Positions 53,955 through 63,351 of a stretch of DNA of 64,000 bases are shown here, in pieces. The notes beneath the pieces are model-generated. The model made no database searches. It was not told where the DNA came from and worked only from the letters and a program-made list of their open reading frames with translations. The position numbers were made by a program, and so were the translations under genes. The stretch's first letter is position 1; every line of letters begins with the position of its first letter. The stretch is from Bacillota bacterium (GTDB lineage: Bacteria; Bacillota; Clostridia; Peptostreptococcales; Anaerovoracaceae): positions 9,629 to 73,628 of the forward strand of contig JAFSCP010000049.1 of the NCBI GenBank assembly GCA_017436705.1. The letters run 5' to 3'.

Positions 53955-54782
53955 ATGAAAATCGAAAGAGTCTGGGCCATTTATTTCAGCGCCACAGGCA
54001 CCACTGAAAAAATTGTAAAGACAGTTTCTGCCCGCCTGGCTGAGCTTCTGGGGGCAGAACTTTGTGTATATGACTTTACCAGCCCCGCCGCCCGGGAAGG
54101 CTTTCCCGGGCTGGGCCCTGCCGACGTAGGCGTGGTCGGCCTTCCGACCTACGCCGGCAGGCTGCCCAACCTGATGCTGCCATATCTTCAAAGCATCAGG
54201 GGCGGCGGGGCCTTTGCAGTTCCCGTAGTTACTTTCGGCAACCGTGCCTACGACAACTCCCTGGCAGAACTTAAAAAGCTTCTGGAGGAGCATGACTTCC
54301 ATCCTGTAGCCGCCGGAGCCTTTTCCTGCGAACACTCTTTTTCCTATGAGCTGGGAAAAGGCAGACCTGACGCTGATGACCTGGCAGAAGCAGAAAAACT
54401 GGCAGAAACAGCCGCTGACAAGATTCAGAGTACAAGCGAATCTTGTCACCCTATGCCGGATTTTGTGGTTGACGGAAACCCTGAAGCCCCGTATTTCCAA
54501 CCTCAGGACCGTTACGGCAATAAATTTGATTTCCGTAGAGTCAAGCCTCTTACCTCAGATGCCTGCATTGGCTGCGGACTCTGCATCAGATCCTGCCCTA
54601 TGGGTGCAATCGACCCATCAGACCCTTCCAGCATTACAGGAAAATGTATCAAATGCTGTTCCTGCTTCAAAAAATGTCCGGTCAGCGCCAAGTATTTCGA
54701 AGACGAAGGCTACCTCCACCACAAGGACGAACTGGAATTCCTTTACGGTGGCCGCCGGGCTGAGAACAAAATTTTTTATTGA
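53955..54782 (+). CDS. Flavodoxin-like domain fused to a 2x[4Fe-4S] ferredoxin domain (EFR1-type)
   Basis: MKIERVWAIYFSATGTTEKIV flavodoxin-like head. C-terminal CIGCGLCIRSCP and CIKCCSCFKKCP. ATG at 53955 follows GGAGG. Confidence 0.75.
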   Translation: MKIERVWAIYFSATGTTEKIVKTVSARLAELLGAELCVYDFTSPAAREGFPGLGPADVGVVGLPTYAGRLPNLMLPYLQSIRGGGAFAVPVVTFGNRAYDNSLAELKKLLEEHDFHPVAAGAFSCEHSFSYELGKGRPDADDLAEAEKLAETAADKIQSTSESCHPMPDFVVDGNPEAPYFQPQDRYGNKFDFRRVKPLTSDACIGCGLCIRSCPMGAIDPSDPSSITGKCIKCCSCFKKCPVSAKYFEDEGYLHHKDELEFLYGGRRAENKIFY

Positions 54783-54845
54783 CAGAAGCCTCCTACAAGT
54801 GTAGTATATACCAAAAGGGTTACTACAATTGTAGGAGGTATTTTT

Positions 54846-55208
54846 ATGTATAAACTGACTGATGCTGAATGGACTGTTCTGGAAGCTCTCTGGGAAGGCT
54901 GCGATGTGCTGGGGACCATCGTTGATCACATCCGCCCAGGTACAGGCTGGAGCAGAAACACTGTTCACACTTATCTTACAAGAATGGAAGGCAAAGGCCT
55001 GGTTATAATCGACCGCAGCCTGGAGCCCCACACATATTCTGCTGCAGTTTCCAGAGAGGACTGCGCCCGCCATGAGCGCAACACCCTGCTCAACAAAGTC
55101 TACGGCGGTGCCACCGGCGACATGCTGGTAGCTTTCCTCAAAGAAACCAAAATCACCGAAGAAGAGCGACAGCGGCTGAAAAAACTGCTGGATGAAATGG
55201 AGGTGTAA
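54846..55208 (+). CDS. BlaI/MecI/CopY family transcriptional repressor
   Basis: 120 aa. LTDAEWTVLEALW...WSRNTVHTYLTRMEGKGLV winged helix. Confidence 0.85.
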   Translation: MYKLTDAEWTVLEALWEGCDVLGTIVDHIRPGTGWSRNTVHTYLTRMEGKGLVIIDRSLEPHTYSAAVSREDCARHERNTLLNKVYGGATGDMLVAFLKETKITEEERQRLKKLLDEMEV

Positions 55209-55211
55209 CCC

Positions 55212-57398
55212 ATGACAAATATCTGGGAATTTCTCCTGTTCACACTGACTGTATCTGCAGCAGCCGGTCTGCTCCTTGTTCTCAAACATCTTCTTGCAGA
55301 CAAGCTTTCACCCCGCTGGCAGTACGGAATCTGGGTTCTTCTTGCTCTCCGGATTCTGCTGCCGGTGGAAGTAAACAACCGTTATGTTATGCTGCCCCTT
55401 CCACTGTGGATTGAGCAGCTCCGCTTTACGGCCGAACAGAATCTTGCTTCAGCATTTTCTGCACCTTACGAACCAATCAGCCGCACATGGTTCATGCCGC
55501 TGATTTCAGGCAAACCTGCCAGCATCACAGACTGGCTTTTCATAATATACGTTGCGGGCATTATTATCATGCTGCTAGGATATGCAGTTTCATATATCCG
55601 GCTTTATATCCTTCTGAAAAAAGGCACTGAAGGAAGCCGCGAAACTTCTGATATGATAACTGCAGTCTGTCAGCGTTACAGCCTGCGTCCATGCCGTGCG
55701 GTCCAGCTTCCCGGCATTTCATCAGCCTTTATCTGCGGAATTTTCAGACCGGTTCTGGTCATTCCGGAAGGCACTGTTACTGACGAAAAAGTGATTCTCC
55801 ACGAATTGCTTCACCTGAAGAACCACGATGCTCTGCAGAGCGTTCTCTGGTCTCTTCTCAGATCCCTTCACTGGTGCAATCCTTTCATGCTTTATGTTTT
55901 CAACCGTATCGGCAACGATATGGAAGCACTCTGCGACCAGCGGGTACTGGAACTTCTCGAAGGGGAGGAACGCCGCGACTACGGAAACATCCTTCTTTCC
56001 ATGGCCAACGACAGGTATGCAAGAGCCTTCGGCACCACATCCCTTTCCAACGGCGGCAAAAACATCGCCCGTCGTATCCAGTGCATCGCCCGCTTTAAAA
56101 AATATCCGAAAGGCATGGCACTTGTATCCGTCTGCATCGGTATCATCCTGTTGCAGCCGATTTTCATCGGTACTGCAGCCTACGGCGTTCAGTACTCCGG
56201 CAATACACGTCAGGGTAATGATTATTCAATGCTTGCCAGCGATCTGGCCGCAGCCCGTCTCAACCGCTGTACCACCATAGCCGGCGCCATCGACACTTAC
56301 GCCAAAGGCATAATTTTCGAAGATGGCCTGTATATCGCCACCGCTTCACCTCTCAGCAAGCAGGAAGAAATCGCCGCAGCCCTCAAGACCAGCAGAGACG
56401 ACGGCTGGGTTTACTACCACATGGAAAACGGGCTGCTGGGCGAGCCTGCAAGTTCATATTCAGAGTTTGCAGCTTTTGCAAGCAGCAATGGTTTTTACTC
56501 AGTATTCAACCTTCAGCCTTCACCGGATGATGATGAAAAATATACCTGCAAACTGGCAATTTACCTTGAATACTACCGCCACACCGAAGAAGAAATTGCA
56601 GCAGGCATGCCTGTCTATTATGAGGACAAGCAAACCGGCGGCTGGCTTCCTGCCATGGCTGTTTACGACATTACTCTGGCTACAGAATCCAAAAACTGGG
56701 TAGTAGCAGACTGCAGTGAGCCTGAAATCATAATTGCAGAAACCATTAACGGCGCCTCACGCCATGACACTTTCAACGCAGTCGGTCCTGTGACAACCTA
56801 CACAGGTCAGGGAAAGCAGGGTACTGTAACCGCACCGGTATTTGCAGAATACGTCATTGAAGCCACAACTTCAGACAGCAGCGTGAATATTTTCTGGGAA
56901 GGTCAGCCTGCCCTGAGCAAAACCGCAGTAACCAATGCCCAGTTTGAAAAAGCGGATGTGACTTTCGATGTTAAATATACCCTGGAAGATCCGGATGCTG
57001 ATCTGACTGCCATAAAATACGTGACCATTGAAAGCGCCCTCTTTGATTCAGAAGCCGATATCCCTGAAGATGCAGATGCCAGCCTGGACGATCGCAATCA
57101 GGCTCCTACAGGAGTTACCGCCAGCGGTTCAAGCACTTCCGGCTGGAGTTTCAACGCCATATCCTTCGATAAGAATTACTCCGGCGCAAGCAAATCCGCG
57201 TGGAACGGCTCAATCACTGACCTGAACTGCAATCAGTCTTACTACTATGAAACCGAACTTTCCGACATATTACGACCCGGTTCAGCAGAATTACCTGTTC
57301 TTCCAATTCCGGAAATCCTCGTCAGCCGCGTCTACATCGACGGCTACGATACCGAGTTCATAATATCAGCAAAGGAGGAAAACCATGAATCCAATTGA
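55212..57398 (+). CDS. BlaR1/MecR1-like M56 peptidase signal transducer with a long uncharacterised extracytoplasmic C-terminal region
   Basis: 728 aa with N-terminal TM helices and the HELLHLKNHD (HExxH) motif. About 430 C-terminal residues show no penicillin-binding (SxxK) signature that I can see. Confidence 0.8.
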   Translation: MTNIWEFLLFTLTVSAAAGLLLVLKHLLADKLSPRWQYGIWVLLALRILLPVEVNNRYVMLPLPLWIEQLRFTAEQNLASAFSAPYEPISRTWFMPLISGKPASITDWLFIIYVAGIIIMLLGYAVSYIRLYILLKKGTEGSRETSDMITAVCQRYSLRPCRAVQLPGISSAFICGIFRPVLVIPEGTVTDEKVILHELLHLKNHDALQSVLWSLLRSLHWCNPFMLYVFNRIGNDMEALCDQRVLELLEGEERRDYGNILLSMANDRYARAFGTTSLSNGGKNIARRIQCIARFKKYPKGMALVSVCIGIILLQPIFIGTAAYGVQYSGNTRQGNDYSMLASDLAAARLNRCTTIAGAIDTYAKGIIFEDGLYIATASPLSKQEEIAAALKTSRDDGWVYYHMENGLLGEPASSYSEFAAFASSNGFYSVFNLQPSPDDDEKYTCKLAIYLEYYRHTEEEIAAGMPVYYEDKQTGGWLPAMAVYDITLATESKNWVVADCSEPEIIIAETINGASRHDTFNAVGPVTTYTGQGKQGTVTAPVFAEYVIEATTSDSSVNIFWEGQPALSKTAVTNAQFEKADVTFDVKYTLEDPDADLTAIKYVTIESALFDSEADIPEDADASLDDRNQAPTGVTASGSSTSGWSFNAISFDKNYSGASKSAWNGSITDLNCNQSYYYETELSDILRPGSAELPVLPIPEILVSRVYIDGYDTEFIISAKEENHESN

Positions 57399-57987
57399 TA
57401 AGAGCCTCATGGCCGAAAAACTTGCCCCCGTCCTCCGCAGAATCGCCTGGGCATACTTCTTCCTGTACTTTAACATCACCATAGGTCCCATAGACATTCT
57501 GCCATCCTGGGCAGGCTATCTGATGATTTTCAGCGCTATTCCGGTTCTGGCCCTTTACGAGGAATCGGCCGGACTGCTGCGCAATGTGGCCGCAATCCTG
57601 GCTGCCTGGTCTGTCCTTGACTGGGTACTCACCATACTGGAAGCAAATACCTATGGCAGCGGCCTGCTGTATTCTCTTTATGCACTGACCGCAGCTGTAA
57701 TGCAAGTCATCGCTATCTATTTTCACTTCCAGCTGCTTACAAACCTGGCCGGTATCGCCGGTTCCATGAATCTGGAATACCGTCAGAGACGGCTTCTCAG
57801 CCTCCGCACCTGGAACACTGTAATTCAGACAATCCTGGCAGTGTATACCGCATTTCCTGTTCCCGATATTTTCTGGGCAGCAATGGTGCTTCTCATACTG
57901 AATCTTCTGATTCTGGTACTTATAGTAATCTGCCTCTTCGGGTTCAGAAAGGAGCTGGAAGAAGAAGTATCTTTCAGTCACTTATAA
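57385..57987 (+). CDS. Hypothetical 6-TM membrane protein, translationally coupled to the BlaR1-like gene
   Basis: RBS AAAGGAGG and a 14-nt overlap with the upstream gene. Coherent hydrophobic helices. The opposite-strand 207-aa ORF is Cys/His-rich and not protein-like. Confidence 0.65.
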   Translation: MNPIDKSLMAEKLAPVLRRIAWAYFFLYFNITIGPIDILPSWAGYLMIFSAIPVLALYEESAGLLRNVAAILAAWSVLDWVLTILEANTYGSGLLYSLYALTAAVMQVIAIYFHFQLLTNLAGIAGSMNLEYRQRRLLSLRTWNTVIQTILAVYTAFPVPDIFWAAMVLLILNLLILVLIVICLFGFRKELEEEVSFSHL

Positions 57988-58011
57988 ACGATTTTAAAAC
58001 CATAAAAAAAG

Positions 58012-58041
58012 ACCTGACAAGATATCCTTGCCAGGTTTTTT
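58012..58041 (+). terminator. Rho-independent terminator
   Basis: CCTGaCAAG-atatc-CTTGcCAGG followed by TTTTTT. Confidence 0.7.
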
Positions 58042-58100
58042 AAACTACCTTTTATACACGATATTATTTACAGTGTGCGACATTAGCCTGATTGCAGTTA

Positions 58101-58664
58101 TTAGTCTTGCTTTGTTCCTTCCGAATAATCAATTTCCGGGTACTCCAGCCAATGTGTCCAGGCAGTAGCTTCAATCGGAAGCTGCTGAATTCCTCCCACA
58201 AGATGTGTAATATCAGTTGCATGGGTAACGCACGCCACATCAATTACCTGCCCATCTCCGATATATACGCCCACATGTCCGGGTTTCCATAATACCAGGC
58301 CGGGCTTCTCTGGCATATCCTCGATAGGTCCTTGTATCTTGGCAGCTTTAATCAGTGTTCTTGTACTATAATCATTTTCTTTACTATACAAGGCTGTATT
58401 GTCCTGATGATAATCATTCCATATATAACTTTTAATGATACCTATACAGTCCCATCCGCGGATACCTTTATCTGCAAGAGTGAGGCGTACAGCTTTCTTT
58501 TCCGGAGTATACCAATCCGGAAATTTAGCCGCAAGCTCGTTCACAAGCTCTGTCGTCACATATTGACCATTACCATCCCATAAATAAATATGAGGAACTT
58601 TCATACAAGATTTGACATAGTCCACCAGGCCCTGTGCTGTAGGAACAAAAGATTTGTTTTCCAT
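58101..58664 (-). CDS. NlpC/P60 (C40) family peptidase without a signal peptide
   Basis: 187 aa. GWDCIGIIKSY (catalytic Cys region) and KPGHVGVYIGDGQVID (His region). No N-terminal hydrophobic segment. Confidence 0.75.
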   Translation of the reverse strand: MENKSFVPTAQGLVDYVKSCMKVPHIYLWDGNGQYVTTELVNELAAKFPDWYTPEKKAVRLTLADKGIRGWDCIGIIKSYIWNDYHQDNTALYSKENDYSTRTLIKAAKIQGPIEDMPEKPGLVLWKPGHVGVYIGDGQVIDVACVTHATDITHLVGGIQQLPIEATAWTHWLEYPEIDYSEGTKQD

Positions 58665-58682
58665 AATTTTTTCCTCCCTCGG

Positions 58683-59744
58683 CTAAATACAGTATTTTTC
58701 AAATTCACTTTCACACGGATTTCCCGGTGCAAGATACATACAGTTTTCGCTTAAATCCATGATTATACCAAAGTTTGTAGCATCCCGGTTCACCAGTGCA
58801 TCTTTCATGTTTTCATGGTCGCATATGGAGTAAGGGTATCCTGCATGATCGCGCAGCATGTTCATAACGTCTCCGATGGTAATTTTTCCATGGCGCTCTT
58901 TCACAAGCGTCCTTATGCGCTGAAGTCTGATGTAGCTGCTGCCCCTGTGATTTACATCGTGGGCAAGATACATTTTAGGTCCGATATAATGGTTCGTATG
59001 TACCAGAACACCATCTTCCGGAATAAGAGGCTCAATGGTTTGCGAGTCCATTTCAAACCCGATGGCCACACCGTCCTTGTGTGTTGCAATCAGATTTGCT
59101 ACAGAAACGGGTTCACAGCTTCCTTTCACATAAGCATCACCTAGAGTTTCGGCTTCCAGCATTGCTCTCATGCGGGCACGGAGCGGAATTCCCTTACACG
59201 GAACAGTGGTGCTCAGTGCATTGAGCAGAACTGCAATGCCGCAGTCATTCATGCCGATGCCGCCGATCATTCCCGCCTCTGTCACCATCACAAAATCTGG
59301 CTTTTCATCCTGATAAACATGTACGATGACCAGACTGTTTCTCAGCAACGTACTGTAATCCCAGTTCTCAGCGGCAATGACACGACCACCTTCTGTAGCA
59401 GGTGCCATCAGACTGATAGTTGTACACTCACTCACATCTGTCTTTTCAGCCTGTGCATATATGATTTCTGTACGTGAATTAAAAGCAGCTATATCCAGCA
59501 AATCTACTTCTGCACCTTCGGCAATCCCCCGCATTTCTTCCACATAGTCAGGCTCAGAATCACGAAGCAATGACAGGTAGTATTCAGAAATCTTACGGGC
59601 ATCTTCCCACGAAATCCCCTTTGTTTCTTTAAACAATATCTCATAGCCCCTGATTGAGACGTTGATTTCATCACGGCATAGTTGTCCATAAGTCAATCCG
59701 CGTTCATACGGGGTGCCACGAACAGTAATCTCTTTAAACTTCAT
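58683..59744 (-). CDS. Peptidase C45 family protein, paralogue of 9757-10824
   Basis: The start MKFKEITVRGTPYERGLTYGQ follows AGGAGG. It is collinear with the first copy, roughly two-thirds identical by eye, with a conserved VSECTTI Cys. Confidence 0.8.
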   Translation of the reverse strand: MKFKEITVRGTPYERGLTYGQLCRDEINVSIRGYEILFKETKGISWEDARKISEYYLSLLRDSEPDYVEEMRGIAEGAEVDLLDIAAFNSRTEIIYAQAEKTDVSECTTISLMAPATEGGRVIAAENWDYSTLLRNSLVIVHVYQDEKPDFVMVTEAGMIGGIGMNDCGIAVLLNALSTTVPCKGIPLRARMRAMLEAETLGDAYVKGSCEPVSVANLIATHKDGVAIGFEMDSQTIEPLIPEDGVLVHTNHYIGPKMYLAHDVNHRGSSYIRLQRIRTLVKERHGKITIGDVMNMLRDHAGYPYSICDHENMKDALVNRDATNFGIIMDLSENCMYLAPGNPCESEFEKYCI

Positions 59745-60102
59745 CGGTCTTTGTCCTCCTATAGCGGTCACATAGGGTGTGTTTTTTCGCATTTTATCAC
59801 ACTGAATATTAAAAATCTACAACCCGGGACTTTTACGGATACTCCTGTATTTAACTCCAATTGGCAGGCTGACAGCAATCAAAAAACACTCTGAAAATGT
59901 GATTGTTCCTGCAATACTGTGATTTCAGGGATATCTTTGGCATTGCTGAGGCAAAATAATGCGTTACACATTTCTCCATAAAACAAAAATTAAAGAGTAT
60001 CTCTTAGACCTTTTATGCAGCCTTTGCGTACAAATTCTGATAAAAAATGTGATATAATTAGGTCATAAAGAATACTCACAAAGTATTTTACAGGAGGTAC
60101 TT

Positions 60103-61041
60103 ATGGAAAAAATGCAGTTCATATGGAGCGGAGAGACTGAGCTCCCTGCCGGCTGGGAGTTGCAGCCTCATGTCCATGATTTCTTTCATCTGGCTTATGT
60201 CCGCAAGGGAACTCTTATTTTTCGTGCTGACGGGATTGACTACCCTCTTTCAGAAGGCAGTATGATTCTGATTCCTCCCTTTGTGGTCCATGGCGTACCG
60301 CAGGACACCCACAATCTTTGCATTCAATATGAAGTTTTATTACGCATAACAGATCCGGAGCTCAAATCTTTTTTCAGCAGCCAAAATGTACTCGTATTGC
60401 ACGACGCATCCAACCTGGAAAGTTTCTTTGCCTATATCCGTACGAACTACAGAACTACCGATTCTTTGTGCTCATCTTGTGTGGACTCCTTTTTACGTAC
60501 GATACTGTTTTCCTTTATTGCAGACAAACCAAGTCCCGAAGGTGTTTCTGGCGGTTATGTTGATTCCAGCCGGTATTCACCTTTGGTTCAGCGAATCATC
60601 AGTCACGTAGAAAAAAATTATAACGAAAAATACGATCTTTCCAGCCTTGCAGCATCCCTTGGCTTCAGCAAAAGCTATCTCTGCATAGTTTTCCGCCGTG
60701 AAACCGGTATTACAATTTCAGACTATATCAACTATAACAGAATACGCAAAATACTCATTATACTGCAATATAATGGTTACAACAAAGATTACCCCGTCCA
60801 TGAACTGGCTTATCAATTCGGATATACCAATGCGTCTTATTTCAATCGGGTTTTTAAAAAACTCACAGGAATGACACCAACAGAATTCATAAATACAATT
60901 TCCAAATATGATGACGGGCCTGTACAATCTGCATTTCAGGAATATTACAATGAATACCTGGACCTTAAACGCCACCCCATCCAGGAATCCCTGGAGTATA
61001 TGAGAGGGCTGAAAGATATTCTGGAGAAAAATGAACTATAA
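60103..61041 (+). CDS. AraC family transcriptional regulator, paralogue of 11267-12226
   Basis: MEKMQFIWSGETELPAGWELQPHVHDFFHLAYV is almost identical in its N-terminus to the first copy. It has a C-terminal AraC HTH. Confidence 0.85.
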   Translation: MEKMQFIWSGETELPAGWELQPHVHDFFHLAYVRKGTLIFRADGIDYPLSEGSMILIPPFVVHGVPQDTHNLCIQYEVLLRITDPELKSFFSSQNVLVLHDASNLESFFAYIRTNYRTTDSLCSSCVDSFLRTILFSFIADKPSPEGVSGGYVDSSRYSPLVQRIISHVEKNYNEKYDLSSLAASLGFSKSYLCIVFRRETGITISDYINYNRIRKILIILQYNGYNKDYPVHELAYQFGYTNASYFNRVFKKLTGMTPTEFINTISKYDDGPVQSAFQEYYNEYLDLKRHPIQESLEYMRGLKDILEKNEL

Positions 61042-61082
61042 CAGAACTTGCTTTTTGTCCTATAAGCCTGCTTTTATGCACG

Positions 61083-61118
61083 AAAAAAGAGGATGACCCG
61101 CGGGTCATCCTCTTTATA
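61083..61118. terminator. Bidirectional terminator between AraC and rnfB
   Basis: AAGAGGATGACCC-gc-GGGTCATCCTCTT is a perfect 13-bp stem with A and T flanks. Confidence 0.75.
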
Positions 61119-61141
61119 TTTGATTTTAGAAAGGTTAATCC

Positions 61142-62011
61142 TTATGCTTCAGCCTGAGCCGGAGCTTCTGCCTTTGCTTCTGCTGCTGGCGCAGGAGCTA
61201 CAGCAGGTTTTCTCTTTGCTCTCATGTTATTGATTGCACCTGTTGGACATTCCTTAGCGCAAAGTCCGCAGTTCTTACACTTTTCAGGGTCGATATAAGC
61301 TAAGTTATTTTCAACCTTAACTGCTTCGAACTTACAAGCCTTTTCGCACTTCTTACATCCGATACAACCGTTGGAGCAAGCTTTTCTTGTCTTAGCACCT
61401 GCATCTGTGGAGTGGCACTGTACCACAACCTTGTTCTTTGCAGGAGCAATTCTGATAACCTTGTTAGGGCACTGGTTAGCACACATACCGCAGCCTACGC
61501 AAAGTTCTCTTGCTACTACAGCTACGCCGTTGCAAACCTTGATTGCACCGTAAGGACAAACTCTTTCGCAGTCACCAAGACCGATACAGCCGTGACCGCA
61601 GACATTTCCGCCGCCGTATAACTGCTTTGCAGCTGAGCAAGTGGACATGCCCTGATATTCCATAAGCTTCTTTGCAGCGCCGTTGTGACCGTTACACATA
61701 ACTACTGCAACGTTTGGTTCTGCAGAACCAGCTTCAACGCCTAAGATTTCTGCTAATTTAGCAGCAACATCAGCGCCCCCTACAGGACACTTTGCTGTGC
61801 CGATTGATGGATCTGCAGCAAGTGCAGAAGCATAGTCGTCACAACCTGCAAAACCGCAGGCACCACAGTTAGCGCCAGGGAGTTCTGCTCTTAAGTTTGT
61901 AACTGTTTCGTCAACTGGTACATAGAATACCTTGGACGCAATAGTCAGGATAACTGCCAGGACAAAACCTACGGCAACTACTAATAATACTGGTGTTAAA
62001 ATAGCACTCAT
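61142..62011 (-). CDS. rnfB: Rnf electron transport complex subunit B
   Basis: N-terminal TM segment, CGACGFAGCDDYA cluster, multiple CxxCxxCxxxCP ferredoxin motifs, and an A/P/E-rich tail. Confidence 0.9.
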   Translation of the reverse strand: MSAILTPVLLVVAVGFVLAVILTIASKVFYVPVDETVTNLRAELPGANCGACGFAGCDDYASALAADPSIGTAKCPVGGADVAAKLAEILGVEAGSAEPNVAVVMCNGHNGAAKKLMEYQGMSTCSAAKQLYGGGNVCGHGCIGLGDCERVCPYGAIKVCNGVAVVARELCVGCGMCANQCPNKVIRIAPAKNKVVVQCHSTDAGAKTRKACSNGCIGCKKCEKACKFEAVKVENNLAYIDPEKCKNCGLCAKECPTGAINNMRAKRKPAVAPAPAAEAKAEAPAQAEA

Positions 62012-62029
62012 TATAATCGCCTCCTTATC

Positions 62030-62602
62030 CTAAACTAAACCGCCGAATCCCATGAATGCAAGGGATAACAGAGCTGCTGATGCAAGTGTGATAGGTACTC
62101 CCTGGAAAGAAGCAGGAATAGCAGTGTTGCCTTCAAGCTTGGATCTCATACCTGAGAAAATTACCATTGCAAGTAAGAAACCTACGCCGGCACCGAAGGA
62201 GTTAACCAGTGATTCGATATAGTTGTAACCAGCATCGATGTTGGAAATACATACACCGAGTACTGCACAGTTTGTTGTGATGAGCGGAAGATATACACCC
62301 AGGGACTTGTGAAGTGCAGGGATGAATTTCTTCAGAACCATTTCAACGAACTGTACTAAAGCAGCGATGATGAGGATGAATACGATTGTCTGTAAGTAAC
62401 CGATTCCCCACATGTTGAGAAGCTGCTGGATTGGCCATGTAGCTGCAGTTGCGAGTACCATTACGAAGATAACGGCAACACCCATACCTACTGCAGAGTC
62501 AAGTTTCTTGGATACGCCCAGGAAAGGACAGATTCCGAGGAACTGAGCCAGAACGTAGTTATTTACTAAAATAATCCCAACGAGAATTGTGAAAAAGTTC
62601 AT
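62030..62602 (-). CDS. rnfA: Rnf complex subunit A
   Basis: 190-aa polytopic protein. NNYVLAQFLGICPFLGVS and GVYLPLITTNCAVLG. Confidence 0.9.
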   Translation of the reverse strand: MNFFTILVGIILVNNYVLAQFLGICPFLGVSKKLDSAVGMGVAVIFVMVLATAATWPIQQLLNMWGIGYLQTIVFILIIAALVQFVEMVLKKFIPALHKSLGVYLPLITTNCAVLGVCISNIDAGYNYIESLVNSFGAGVGFLLAMVIFSGMRSKLEGNTAIPASFQGVPITLASAALLSLAFMGFGGLV

Positions 62603-63351
62603 TATGCTTCAGCTCCTTTCTTAATTTCTACTTTGTCTAATTCAGCAATGCACTTTTCCTGCTGACACATGGATGCAAGAGCGCAGCCCTGGCAGCTGAA
62701 TTCACGAGGCGCACCGCCTTTTTTAGCCATCATTTTATTTACTGCTGCAATTGCACAACCGAAGATGAAGAATCCGCCTGGTGCAAGTGCAACGATCATG
62801 AACGGATGATCTACGAGGAATGGAATCTTGATTGTGAACATGTCAGGATCTCCGAGGAAGAAGCTGGAGAAGATTGTTCCGTTACCGATGATTTCTCTTA
62901 CAGCACCCATTACAGTAAGTGCGAGTGTGAAACCAAGACCCATACCGATACCGTCTAATGCAGAGTCAAGAGGGTTGTTCTTGTTAGCGAACATTTCCGC
63001 TCTGCCGAGGATGATACAGTTTACTACGATCAGAGGGAGGAATACACCCAGTGAGTTGTAGAGCGGTTCAGCGAATGCCTGAACGATGAACTGTACTAAT
63101 GTTACGAATCCGGCAATAACTACGATGTAGCATGGGATTCTTACCTTATCAGGAATAATCTTCGCTAATAAGGAAATTACGATGTTGGAGCAGATTAATA
63201 CTGCAGTTGCTGCAATACCCATACCCATACCATTGAAGGCAGAGCTTGTAGTTGCAAGTGTAGGACATGTACCGAGTAATAATACCAGTACAGGGTTTTC
63301 CTTAATGATACCTTTGGTAAGGATTGCTAATTTGCTGATTTTCTTTTCCAT
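62602..63351 (-). CDS. rnfE: Rnf complex subunit E
   Basis: NPVLVLLLGTCPTLATT and GVFLPLIVVNCIILGRAE, with a C-terminal extension. Confidence 0.9.
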   Translation of the reverse strand: MEKKISKLAILTKGIIKENPVLVLLLGTCPTLATTSSAFNGMGMGIAATAVLICSNIVISLLAKIIPDKVRIPCYIVVIAGFVTLVQFIVQAFAEPLYNSLGVFLPLIVVNCIILGRAEMFANKNNPLDSALDGIGMGLGFTLALTVMGAVREIIGNGTIFSSFFLGDPDMFTIKIPFLVDHPFMIVALAPGGFFIFGCAIAAVNKMMAKKGGAPREFSCQGCALASMCQQEKCIAELDKVEIKKGAEA

